This document shows positions 21,692 to 33,110 of a stretch of 35,285 nucleotides of DNA, piece by piece. The stretch is from NCBI RefSeq assembly GCF_001194135.2, contig NC_068981.1, positions 136,101,646 to 136,136,930 of the forward strand, given 5' to 3'. The number at the start of each line of letters is the position of its first letter. The stretch's first letter is position 1. The DNA is from Octopus bimaculoides (Eukaryota). Made by a program: the position numbers and the translations under genes. A model generated the notes under the pieces. It was given only the letters and a program-made list of their open reading frames with translations, was not told where the DNA came from and did no database searches.

Positions 21692-22316
21692 AGCGTATCA
21701 TAAATGGATGTTGAGTGAAATGTATCAATAATGTTAAAACAATTTGAAGGAAATGTTGACTGACGGTATATATGAAATGTTTGATAATAAATAATGAAAT
21801 ATAATATAAAATATCGGACAATTTCCTGATTTATTGAAATTGTTTTCGCCTCCAGAGAAGGTAGAATAATCGTTTGGTGCTAACTCGGACCAACTCCAAA
21901 TGAAAAGGGAACAATTTTAGGAGTCAAAAATTCTCCAGGTTTGAGAGGTCATTAAGGAAAAAATGTCTGATTATCAGGAAACAGGAAATCAGCGGAGGGC
22001 ACGTGTTTCTACCACAGCTGGCGTCATCAATACAGCAGTAGCTCCCACCTTATCGCCAGCAGAATTAGATGCTTAGACGTATGCAAAAAAACCCCAAAAA
22101 TGCGGAGACCTGAGTTAGAGGTAAGCAGTACCAGCTGCTGCTGCTGTGACCATATTTCGATTTTTTAAAAGTTATTGGTAGTTGCTGTTACATAGTATAA
22201 AGGACATTATATTCGGTTTTTTCTCTCCTAGGTTCTGCTTTCAAATTCCTTTTGGTTCAGCAAAATAAGTACCGGTTGAGCCTGACCCTGTCATGCATAA
22301 CCCCTAAACACTTTGC

Positions 22317-23540
22317 CAGAGTGGGCTGAAAAGTTCGTTGGCATGATGCTACGGCTGTGAAATCTTGCATCCATTAATTTCGGTTCTTCTAAACTGACAT
22401 CTGACAGTTCCAAACGGACTTCATAAGTAACTAGTCGCCACTTCTCTTGAAAATTGACAAAATTTGGCATCATGGTATTATCAAGTACCTGCAAAAAAGG
22501 GTTTAGCTCTGAAGGACGTTCATGTTGACATGGTTGCTACATTAGGGGATATAACGCTCCTGCTATATCAACAGCGCAAATGTAAGTAGTTGAATTTAAG
22601 AGAGGAAGGGAGAGTCTTGAAGGTTACCCAAGATCTGGACGTCCTACAACTGCTATTACCGAGGAAAACAATGATCGTGTTCGCCACATCATAACGGAGG
22701 ACAGGCGAATGACTATAAATCAAATAGTCAATGCTATAAGCGTACCTTGGGGGGGGGGAGTTGAGAATATTCTACACAATGAACTCGGCATGACGAAGGT
22801 TTTTACTCAGTGGGTTCTACATCTGCCACTTGATCAAAACCGCACGGGGCTGATTACAACACGGAAAAATATGACATTGTTTGAAGCAAATTCATCTGGC
22901 TTCCTTAAACATTTCCTTACCCAGGATGAGTGTTGAGTTGATCATTTTGAGCCAGAGACAAAAAGATAATCCATGCTGGGGAAAAACATCCTTCTCACCT
23001 GCACCAAAGAAGGTCAAGGTCGCTTCATCTGCAGGGAAGGTGATGGCCTCAATTTTTGAGGATGCAAAAGGTATTGTGTTTATTGACTATCGTCGAAAAG
23101 GTCACACCATCAATGGAGAGTACTATGCCAACATGCTAAGGTAGTTACGTAAGGCTAGCAAGACCAAACGCTCAGGAAAACTGACGAAAGTGGTTTTGTT
23201 TCATCAGGACAATGCTCCAGCACACAAGTCCTTCATTTCAGCGGCTGCGTGGTTTTGAACTGGTTGATCACCCTCCCTATTCTCCTGATTTGATCCCCAT
23301 CTATCATCTGTTTACCAACAGGAAAAAAACATGATTGGGAACCAGTATTGCAGTGATGATGTCATGTATGCTGTTGATGCCTTTCTCGAGCAACAAGATG
23401 AAAGCCTCTTCATCAATGGGATACAAGCACTGCAACACCTATAGAAGAAATGTGTGAACCGCAAGGGAGTCCCTTCCGAAAAATAAGCTTTATTAGGTCA
23501 CATTCGATGAGAGTATGTTGGTCAGCTTAAGAATTTTTCA
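22317..23540 (+). mobile_element. Near full-length decayed mariner (DD34D) transposon
   Basis: Left end GAGTGGGCTGAAAAGTTC resembles the reverse complement of the 13001 terminus. Transposase motifs: PRSGRP, FLTQDE, SAGKVMASIF..GIVFIDY..TINGEYYA, FHQDNAPAH, HPPYSPDL. Many stops and frameshifts. The right end is degenerate. Confidence 0.92.
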
Positions 23541-24054
23541 TGGATTAGTTCTGTGTATTTGATGAAAGAAATCTATTATACTACAATACTTAGATTGTTT
23601 TCCATTTAAAAAAAAATGATTAAAAGCAAACTTACTTCATAACGTCATCCTACGACAAAGCCACCGTTTCAAAGACCTCATGTAGAGAGTTCGGTGGGAG
23701 TCACCCCTTTAAGCTTGAAGTTGACTGAGTGCAGTCTTTAAATAGTAACCCAGTTTTAATACACTGTAATAATTAAGAGATTCAGATAAACAAAACTGAT
23801 TCCAGCTGCTAAGGGGAAAACTGAACTAATTTATTTGGATGTGGTACTTGTCTAACAATTGACTTGGTTTCAGATAGAGCGTTGAAACTGTAGTCATTGT
23901 ATAATAGGAAAGCCATTCCGGCAATTTAATAAATTCACAAAAGTGTTACAGATGAAGTCATTCGTTTTTTGTTTTTTTTTTCTACTTCTCACTCACACGA
24001 TCGTCATACTTGTATGTTTAAAAAGAGGTAAAATCTATTCAAATTTCAAAATCA

Positions 24055-24209
24055 ATAGGCGCAGGCGTGGCTGTACCCTAAGAAATTTGCTTCCCAACCA
24101 CATGGTTCCGGGTTCAGTCCCACTACGTGGCAGCTTTGGCAAATGAATATTGCTACAGGTTGACCAAAGCCTTGCGAGTAGATTTGGTAGACGGAAACTA
24201 AAAAGACCG

Positions 24210-24244
<35 letters not shown>

Positions 24245-24450
24245 CCTTTGTGTCTGTGTTTGTCCCCCACCACCTCTTGATAACTGGGAGTTGGCGTGTT
24301 TACGTCCCCATAAATTATTGTTTCTGCAAATGATATCGTATAAGTATTAGGCTTTAAAAAAAAACTGAGGTCTATTCGTTCAACAAAAAATTCTTCGAGG
24401 TGGTGCTCCAGCATGGCCGCAATCTAATGACTGAAACAAAAGATAAAAAT
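24055..24450 (+). mobile_element. SINE family A, full length
   Basis: Head TAGGCGCAGGCGTGGCTG..GGGTTCAGTCCCAC, (TG)n, tail GGTGCTCCAGCATGGCCGCAATCTAATGACTGAAACAAAAGA. Confidence 0.92.
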
Positions 24451-24604
24451 AAACAAAGGTTGTAAAGGAAGAACAGAGCTACACAAATCCATTAAACACT
24501 GATGAAAAATATCTTTCGTGCTAATTCGAATAACACTGGAAGAGATTCAAATAAAATGGAAAGAAAAAGAAGGAATGAAAAACGAACGACTTTATCTGAC
24601 AACC

Positions 24605-24790
24605 CATTTAGCAGCATTTCGTCCGTCCGTTCCGAGTTGAAATGCCACCGAAGTTGACTTTGCTTATCATCCTATAGGTGTCCATAAAATATGTACCAGT
24701 TCAGCACTGACGTCGATGTAATCAACTTATCCACACCACACCCCCTCGTCCACCCCTGAAATTGCTTGTCTTGTGCCAAAATTTGAAACT
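24605..24790 (+). mobile_element. SINE family B, decayed
   Basis: GCATTTCGTCCGTC..GAAGTTGACTTTGC..CTTGTGCCAAAATTTGAAAC. Confidence 0.8.
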
Positions 24791-24892
24791 GATATGAGCG
24801 GAATGCTCATTTTAAGGATAAGAATTCTATGCTCCTATGTTCTAAGTAATTCTTTCTATAATAGAATAATTATTCTTAAACTTAGATAGTAT

Positions 24893-25225
24893 ATGGCTGG
24901 AAATTTGACCAACAATGAACGAAAGCGGATCATAAAGCAGTTCTAGAAAACAGAGAATGCAGAAATGGACTTAAGAATTTCAAAGACAGGCTTCGTCAAG
25001 ATAAACAGTTTACAGAATACGTAACAAATCTGAGCAAACTGGGTCCATTTGTAATGCACAGAAAAGTGGTCGACCGATCAGTGTTATCATTAAAGAACAT
25101 AAAATGTTTGTGATTCAATCATTCACTCAAAGTTCCCAGAAATCAAAAAAGAGGGCTTCCAATTAACTAGGTATCTCCTGCAGATCCCTTAGTCGACTTA
25201 TAAATCGCTTAGAAATAGAGAAACG
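24893..25225 (+). mobile_element. Tc1/mariner-superfamily transposase N-terminal HTH remnant
   Basis: Manual translation: MAGNLTNNERKRIIKQF*KTENAE..TVYRIRNKSEQTGSICNAQKSGRPISV..KMFVIQSFTQSSQKSKKRASN*LGISCRSLSRL. It shows the TIYRIxxKFxxTGSV..SGRP and S.RRAS.ELGIS pattern. No catalytic domain. Not in the ORF track. Confidence 0.7.
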
Positions 25226-25477
25226 AAAAGAATTACACTTATATTAAGTAACTGTATACCTACTTTCACCGACGCCTGTAATGAGGTGTCTGAATCTGAT
25301 GAAATAATTTATAGCTTTACCAGTTTTTGTGTGTTACTAAATGTCCGTAATGGTTCTCCTACGATGTAATTGTAACCTAATTAATGCATTTAATTTAATA
25401 ATTATATTTTAAATGTCTTATTTAGTTTTCCAGGCGGTCTTCACGTTTTAATATCTCAGTGAATTATTTAAAGTGAC

Positions 25478-25796
25478 GAACTCATTGAATCATTAGCATG
25501 CCGGACAAAATACTTCAGCGGTATTTCGTCCGTTTTCATGTTCTGAGTTCAAATTCCGCCGAGGTCGACTTTGCCTTTCATCCTTTCGGGGTCGATAAAT
25601 TAAGTACTACTTGTGTACTGGGGTTGATCTAATCGACTAGCCCCTTCCCCCAAAATTTCGAACCTTGTTCCTAGAGTAGAAAAGAATATCTCGGTGAAAT
25701 ATAAAGCGGCAAGCTGGTAGAATCGTTAGCAGGCTGGCCTAGGCGCCCGTCTTCATGTTCTGAGTTCAAATTCCGCTGAGGTCGACTTTGCCATTT
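25478..25796 (+). mobile_element. SINE family B, full copy (about 25478-25688) plus 3'-truncated copy (25703-25796)
   Basis: Core GTTCTGAGTTCAAATTCCGC.GAGGTCGACTTTGCC occurs twice. The second copy ends abruptly at the ORF1 element. Confidence 0.9.
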
Positions 25797-26867
25797 TTTT
25801 GCAGTCTCTTCCGCTTCTGTTGCCAATCTCCGAGTTTTCCTTAGCTCTTGCTTTTTTTCCCCCACTTTCGTTTCTTCCTCAATCCTCTCTTTCTCTTCCT
25901 TTGCTTCTCTTCATTTCGGTTTTTGTTTACGTTTTTCCTTCTATCTCCTTTTCTCCTCTTTATCACTCTGCATCGGTTCACTCTGTTTAGGCTCATACAA
26001 GGTGCACTTTGAGTTCATGTGCTCCCCTTTCTCCGCAAATGTAACAATTGGGTCTACGGCCTTCTATCACTTTCAAAGAACACTCTTCCGCGATCTCAAT
26101 CTGGTAGGGAAGCCTTTCTATATCCTCGAATGTGGAGAACAGCCACGTCTCAACTCTGCTTCCCCAACAGTTAAGCGTATCCGTCCTTCCTACTGCTTCA
26201 AGTTCCAGCTGGTCCTCAGTGGCTGCCAGAATAGCTGCCATCAACCACTCTGTTTGAATTTCAGGTGGCACTCTTGCTATCCTGATCCGGACATGGCACC
26301 TTCNNNNNNNNNNNNNNNNNNNNNNNNNNNNNNNNNNNNNNNNNNNNNNNNNNNNNNNNNNNNNNNNNNNNNNNNNNNNNNNNNNNNNNNNNNNNNNNNN
26401 NNNNNNNNNNNNNNNNNNNNNNNNNNNNNNNNNNNNNNNNNNNNNNNNNNNNNNNNNNNNNNNNNNNNNNNNNNNNNNNNNNNNNNNNNNNNNNNNNNNN
26501 NNNNNNNNNNNNNNNNNNNNNNNNNNNNNNNNNNNNNNNNNNNNNNNNNNNNNNNNNCAGCTTAATGGCGTCTCCCTCCTTCTTCACAAACTGTTCCCTT
26601 TTCTCGATTTCCTCTCTGTTAACTTTTACGTTTCTTGCCTCTAGCGGAGCAGCTGCCTTTGCTGCAGCGGTTTTTGCGTAGCTTTCCATGCTACGCTTTT
26701 CCTCAACCACAATGGGGAGAAAAAGAGCAAAAACAATAACAACACGCGTGAGTTGCTTCAACAGTAATAATAACAGTAGTAACAACAGTAATAACAACAG
26801 CAGTCTCAAACACACTAACCTTCTCTCGCACCGTGGTCACAAATCACTAACTATACAATACGGCTGA
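25797..26867 (-). mobile_element. ORF1/gag-like retroelement 2 (CCHC zinc knuckle), 3'-truncated, spans a gap
   Basis: 5' UTR, ATG at 26689 (MESYAKTAAAK..), then after the gap RIRIARVPPEIQTEWLMAAIL..EGRRPNCYICGERG(+1 nt)HMNSKC with the knuckle at 26004-26046, then a charged K/E tract. Confidence 0.75.
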
Positions 26868-28539
26868 TTTTTTATTGCCCACAAGGGGCGAACACAGATG
26901 GGACAATACAAAAACATGTAGGGACATATAACACAAAAATTAAAAATAAGATAAATTAAAAGTCAACCAAATCGAATATGATGATATGAATGATACATGA
27001 AAATGAAAAAATGAAAATGCGCTGCCTCTAACAGGAACACTTTATCCTTCTGAATGCCAAGTCTCTTACAACGTCCAATCCAAATTTTTCTTTCAGTTCC
27101 TCATAACCTACTTTTACCGGTATCCTTTTCAAGTTCGCCTTTATCTTCTAGTACTTAAAATATTTTTTTTACATTTTGTAATCGTTTCCTTTTGGCTCTG
27201 AGACACCAGCACACACATGCGCCAACCCACAATACCAGTACATCCCTCTATATCCACAAATTTTGCTGTCTTCCACCTTGTTACCTCATTTATCAGTTCC
27301 TCGTCTACATCCTCTGTTAACACACATACATAGCTATTTTCCTGTGGGGGGTGGGGGTGGATTTTGTGTATCTTGTGGTGTCTGTTTCTTTTTTTAATAC
27401 ACTGTGAAGAAAGGGAGTGAGTGGGTTTGATGTCTGTGGGGAAAGGGCGGGTCTGAAAGGTTATGGGTGGGGGTGGGGATAGCTTAGGGTTCCACATCAC
27501 ACTGTCCTTTCTTCCTTTCTCCTTCTTTCCTCTACCACAGTCCATGATTCTTCTTTTTTCTTTTCTTTCATCTGTTCCTCCTCTTACTTCTCTGACTCTT
27601 TATCCTCTTTTTCCAGGCTATGCTTCTGCAGAGGGCAGCTTGCTTTAATGTGGCCCTTTTCGCCACATTTAAAACAGCGAGGGATTCTGTCCTCCACCCA
27701 TACTTTCAAACTTATGTCTCCTACAATCACTGTCTCCGCCAAATTTTCTAGGGATTCTGCCTCAGTCTGAACAATAAGTTCCAATGTTTTTCCTTTCCCT
27801 ATCCCGTCTTCCGTTTCCGTGACTTGGAGGACGGCCACTTCCTCCTCACTTCCAAGGAGGACAGCCGCCGCAACTCAAGCCACATCTATGTCTCGCGGGA
27901 TTCCCTCTGCCCTGATCTAGGATGTCCTCATTCCAAGATAGATGGGTAGAAGGACCACTTTATTCGATTTCACCTTGTTTACGGTCAGCCTCCTTGCTAC
28001 TTCCTCCGTCTTGAACTGGACCACCTCTTGTTAAAAACACCATATTCTTTGATACTGCACACAACACCTCGATTGTTTCGGCTTCTACCTGGTCTACCTT
28101 TTTCTGTTCCACTGAATAAACTTTATATACAATGATTTTTTCCTCATATCCTCCACAACTTTCTGTGGAGGCGACAACTTTATGTCACCGCCTACTTTTT
28201 GTGCCATTTTTTTATATTCTTCCATTTTTGTCAAGTCCACTTCACTCCTTTTTAACTCCGTCACCTGAGCGGAGCCCTTTTCTTCCTCAAGACTTTTGTC
28301 CATTCTGTATACTGCCTTTACTAATTCTTCTTCTGAAGTAAACAATTCTGACCCGCAAAGGTCTGAATAACGCATATTTTTCGGCATTGTCATGGCTAAC
28401 TTCCCTTAAAGCGGAGAGAAAGCACCATCAGTAAAACCGCTGCGGAGCAGCGCGAAAACAATTCACAAAGTGTTAACAAACACTGACATAAAATTACAAC
28501 TGTAAGAATAACTTACAAACACTCGACAACTACACAAGA
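26868..28539 (-). mobile_element. ORF1/gag-only non-autonomous retroelement 1 with 5' UTR, 3' UTR and AATAAA/A-tail
   Basis: ATG at 28393. The decayed ORF runs through KIIVYKVYS..VQFKTEEVARRL..GIPRDIDVA*VAAAVLL..KVWVEDRIPRCFKCGEKGHIKASC (perfect CX2CX4HX4C at 27635-27676) to a stop near 27141. The 3' end is GCCCCTTGTGGGCAATAAAAAA. No endonuclease or RT sequence lies between ORF and tail. Confidence 0.8.
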
Positions 28540-28575
28540 CGGCGTGCTAAAGATTCTGCCAGCTTGCTGCCTTAG
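28540..28575 (-). mobile_element. SINE family B head only (about 35 nt)
   Basis: Reverse complement TAAGGCAGCAAGCTGGCAGAATCTTTAGCACGCCG directly abuts the 5' end of the ORF1 element. Confidence 0.75.
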
Positions 28576-28919
28576 ATCCTGAAATCAATATTAACTCTTT
28601 TAAATACTGGAGTTGTGATTAAGCGATTAATGAGATTATCATACCATTTTTAAAACGTATAAAAATTCAATTATAAGATATAATTTTCACGATTTTCTTG
28701 CAGTTTGAGTGACATGATCAAATCTTAATTAGCGAGCCCAAAGGGTTAAGTATTACACGATCGCAATTTCAAAGAAATTGTTTAAACGATCACGCACACC
28801 ACACATAGGAGTTCTGGTTCTCTCTCTCTCTCTCCCTCTCTTTCTTTCTTTCTTCCTCTCTTTTTCCTTTTTTATGAAAATTAGTGGCAACGATTTGATG
28901 AATTATTTCCATCAGCAAA

Positions 28920-29140
28920 TAGAAGTGAACTGACAGAATCCATTGAACGTCGGAAAAATACTTTGCCGTATTTATTCCCAGTCATTACATCCCGAGTTCA
29001 AATCTTGCCAATATCAAGGTCAAGTTTGGCTTTTATCATTTCGGGGTCGATAAAATAAAAAAAGATCAATCTAATACTAGAGTCAATGGTATCGACAAAC
29101 TGCATCCTCAAAACTGTTGCTCTTGTGACAAAATTAGAAT
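28920..29140 (+). mobile_element. SINE family B, decayed
   Basis: CGAGTTCAAATCTTGCC..TTTATCATTTCGGGGTCGATAAAATAA. Confidence 0.7.
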
Positions 29141-29262
29141 CAATTATTTCCACCATGAAGAGTTAGAATGAAGTACCTGTACAAATCTAGTGAAGTAATA
29201 CTACTCGTATATAAGTTTCCGTCGATGTGTCGCCCATTTTTTACCAATACATCTTTCACCTG

Positions 29263-29495
29263 AAGACGGCGAGCTAGCAGAAACGTTAGCATGCCGGGCA
29301 AAATGCTTAGCGGTATTTCGTCTGCAGTTACGTTCTGAGTTCAAGTTCCGCTGAGGTCGACTTTGCCTTTCATCCTTTCAGGGTCGATTAAATAAGTACC
29401 AGTTATGCACTGGGGTCGATGTAATCGATGTAATCCCTTTGTCTGTCCTTGTTTGTCCCCTCTATGTTTATCCCCCTGTTGGCAATAAAGAAATA
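29263..29495 (+). mobile_element. SINE family B with alternative tail, full length, 17-bp TSD
   Basis: Head, core and tail TTGTCCCCTCTATGTTTATCCCCCTGTTGGCAATAAAGAAATA. TSD AATACATCTTTCACCTG at 29246-29262 and 29496-29512. Confidence 0.95.
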
Positions 29496-29529
29496 AATAC
29501 ATCTTTCACCTGCACGCGCGCGCGTGTAT

Positions 29530-29725
29530 CTTTTACTTGTTTCACTTATTTGACTTCGGCCATGCTGGAGCACCGCTCTGAAGAATTTTAGTTGAACAAA
29601 TCGGCTCAAGAACTCCTTTTTTAAAGCCTGTAACTACTCTATCGATCACTTTTGCCGAATCGCTATTTTACGGGGACGTAAACATACCAATACCTGTTGC
29701 CAAGCGTTGGTGGGGGGCAGACACA
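29530..29725 (-). mobile_element. SINE family A, 3' half
   Basis: GGCCATGCTGGAGCACCGC..TACGGGGACGTAAACATACC. Confidence 0.8.
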
Positions 29726-29812
29726 CATATATACATATCTACATTCATATATATATATATATATATATATAAGTGTGTGTGTGTGTGTGTGTACACGTAT
29801 ATAACTTTAATC

Positions 29813-30080
29813 GCACTCCGTCGGTTACGACGAAGAGTGTTGCAGTTGATCCGATCAATGGAATGGTCTACATGTACCCTTAACGTAGTTCTCAGGGACA
29901 CAGCATGACACAGAACGTGACAAAACAGGTCCTTTGAATTACAGGTACAAGTCATTTTTGCCAGCTGAATGGACTGAAACAACATGAAATGAAGCGTCTT
30001 GTTGAAGGATACAATCCTCCAGGATTCAACTCACAACCTTACACCAGGAGCCGAATACTCTGACCAATAAGCTACGCACC

Positions 30081-30083
<3 letters not shown>
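29813..30083 (-). mobile_element. SINE family C
   Basis: Homologous to 4235-4533 (ACTCCGTCGGTTACGACGA..CCTTAACGTAGTTCTC). Confidence 0.85.
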
Positions 30084-30149
<66 letters not shown>

Positions 30150-30189
30150 ATATATATATACATATATATATATATAGTGTTTAACTGCT

Positions 30190-30560
30190 TAACTTGTTTC
30201 AGTCATTTGACTGTGGCCATGCTGGAGCACCGCCTTTAGTCGAGCAAATCGACCCCAGGACTTATTCTTTGTAAGCCTAGTACTTATTCTATCGGTCTCT
30301 TTTGCCGAACCGCTAAGTTACGGGGACGTAAACACACCAGCATCGGTTGTCAAGCGATGTTGGGGGCGGGGACAAACACAGACACAAACACATACACACA
30401 TACACATATATACATATACATATATACGACGGGTTTCTTTCAGTTTCCGTCTACCAAATCCACAAGGCTTTGGTCGGCCCGAGGCTATAGTAGAAGACAC
30501 TCGCCCAAGGTGCCACGCAGTGGGACTGAACCTGGAACCATGTGGTTGGTAGAGACAAGT
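30190..30560 (-). mobile_element. SINE family A, well-preserved copy
   Basis: CTTGTTTCAGTCATTTGACTGTGGCCATGCTGGAGCACCGCCTT..CAGTGGGACTGAACCTGGAACCATGTGGTTGG. Confidence 0.92.
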
Positions 30561-31436
30561 GAAGGTATGAAAAGAATGAACCTGAAACCAGAGATCTGAT
30601 CTAATTCTAAACGCTTGAATTTTTGCTAAGGGCACCCAAAGACTAAGTGGTTGTGTTAAACAGGAAGGCGGCTAGATTCTGTCCCACTAGAATACAGAAC
30701 ACAAAGAGCCGAATTAAATATTACAAGACATATTGTCCTCCAATCTGCCGCTTTGAACTGATACCTTATTCCGTCGACCCTGAAAGGTGAAAGGATAGGT
30801 TGCCCTTAGCAGGATTCGAACTCAGCACATAGAGCACCGAAACAAAATCTTCAAGGTAATTTAACCTATACTCTGCTGAATCAGTTAATTTGCAGCCCTT
30901 TAATTTCAGTTTTCGCGCGTGAAAAATCACGTTGTTCGTTAGGTCGCATTTACTGAATATTATCTATAAAAAAAAAAAAGCAACATTAACGGCAGACGTC
31001 ACGAGTCTCCTTTTCATCTCTCATTATAATCTCGCATCATAGCTTTTTAAACTGAAGGCAAAGGGATCTTTTGGGATCACGAAGGGAAATAATCCGCATC
31101 TGAAAACTGCATTTAAGAACAGGGATGTTACACAAAATGCTACTAATTCATGATACGTTTTGAATGGTAAAACGATATAGAGAATGTAGAGTGAAGAAAT
31201 GTTATTACAGAATACTCTTCTGTGATCAATGCTTGTAAATACGCCCTCGATTCATAAATTAGAATGTTTATTGGCAGATTCAGTGTGCTGCTGTCAGTAT
31301 TTGGTCCAGTTGGTTAATTTAAATTTGTACTCTGCTTACCAATAGTGAGATTTCTTTCCTTCATTCACTTGCTGTATTGCCGTGGACATACATACGTATA
31401 ATATGTCTGTATAAACATACGCTCACAAACCTGACA

Positions 31437-31471
<35 letters not shown>

Positions 31472-31833
31472 ATATGACGTTGACCACTAACGTGGACATT
31501 TAATGTGCTAAGACTTGAGTTTTACCATTAAGCTGTAATTAGTAGAACCATATACACGCGCACCTATGGCGGTGGGCAACTTTGTATGGGGTTCTGATGA
31601 TTATGGTTCCATTACAAATCAGGCTGAAGAGAAATAGACAGTCGGTAAGATTGTTGAATTTGAAACCGGTACCTGTTTAATAATGTTCCTTTTCGGTGAT
31701 TTTAAATGTCTTGCCCGCTTACGTTTTGGTATCACGCTATATTTCATGTTGAGAACAATTTAGGTCTTTTTAGACACAAGATGTGATCTATTTCTAGCAC
31801 ATTAAATGTCCACGTTAGTGGTCAACGTCATAT
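31472..31833. mobile_element. MITE with perfect 39-bp terminal inverted repeats
   Basis: ATATGACGTTGACCACTAACGTGGACATTTAATGTGCTA at 31472-31510 and its exact reverse complement at 31795-31833. Non-coding interior, embedded in TA-rich microsatellite. Confidence 0.9.
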
Positions 31834-32096
31834 CTATATATATATATATAGTCAATACAAAGAACAAACAATTACAAAAATAAATAAATAAATAAATAAA
31901 TAACGAAAGTGAGGACGTGCACAAGCAATATATTAATTTGACGCTCGATGAAAGGAGAGTTGTTACCGTTTCGCGCATAGTTCTTCGTCGGAAAGAGGAA
32001 AGTCCAAAGACAAAGACAGAAAACTATAGTAAAATCGTGGTTACATATATGTGTGTATATATATATATTTCTATATATATACACACACACACACAC

Positions 32097-32135
<39 letters not shown>

Positions 32136-32138
<3 letters not shown>

Positions 32139-33110
32139 TGGGTGGGCAAAATAATGGGAACACCTTAAAATTTCTAACAAATTTATTTTAATAAGGAGTA
32201 GGATCGCCTTTGGCAGTAATTTCAGCTTGAATTCTGCGAGTTATGGACTCGTACAAAGTTTGAATTGTTTCCAAAAGAATTTTTGTCCATTCTTCAGCTA
32301 AAACAGCCTCCAGTTCTTGTAGTGATGATGGTGGAGGATATCGACTCCTTACTTGTTTTTCTAAAATGCTCCATAATTGTTCAATAATATTGAGATCTGG
32401 GGACTGTAAATAATTTTGACTATTAGTTCTGTCATGAAAGGAAACCATTAGGCCGGTGGATTTCCAAGATATACCCCCTTCCCAGATCATCACAGATCCT
32501 CCTCCATTGTTAACAATTGGAAGAAGGCAGTCTGGGTCAAATGCTTCTTTTTGCTGTCTCCAGCGAAGGTAAATGATGACTCGTCCGAGAAAATAAAATT
32601 CTTCTACTGTTCTAGGGACCAATTCTGTAGGTTTTTAGTCCACTCTAAATGCTCTGCAACGTTTGTTTTTAAAAGTAGTGGTTTTCTGATTGCAGCTCTC
32701 CTGTGAAATCCGGCTTTGTGCAGCTCTCGACGAACAGGTTTTGTGGAAACTGGGTTCTCGTGGCGGTTATTAAGCCCTGCAGTAATTTTGGGAGTTGTAC
32801 TTTTGTGATCCTTTCTAACAATTCGCGTAAGAATCTGACGGTCCCTATCTGAAAGATTTGGTTTTCTTCTGGAGTTTTGTTTCGACGAGGAAGTTTTTCC
32901 CTCTTTCTCAAAGGCTGTCATTACTTTCGAGACAGTATTTCTTGATACACCAAATATTTCGGCTGTTTTCGTTACGCTAGCACCTGCCATACGAGCACCA
33001 ACAATTTGACCTCATTGAAAGTCCAATAGGTCTGTCATTTTAATGAATTTTAATTACCTTTTTCTGGTGATATCTGAAAAGAAACAGCAATCGTAGCAAA
33101 ACATATTAAG
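32136..33110 (-). mobile_element. Tc1-family (DD34E) transposon, decayed and internally deleted; other end lost in the gap
   Basis: Terminus TA|CAGTGGGTGGGCAAAATAATGGGAACAC. ORFs 32604..32990 (paired HTH, VSTxxVRRELH..RKPLL) and 32188..32622 (GGGSVMIW, SPDLNIIEQLW). FSDES is visible across a frameshift. The QDNA segment is missing. Confidence 0.93.

Noticed and set aside
25799-25990. Leu/Ser/Phe-rich plus-strand ORFs (also 27463-27648 and 28132-28341)
   Set aside because: They are shadows of the purine-rich K/E-coding minus strand of the ORF1 elements.
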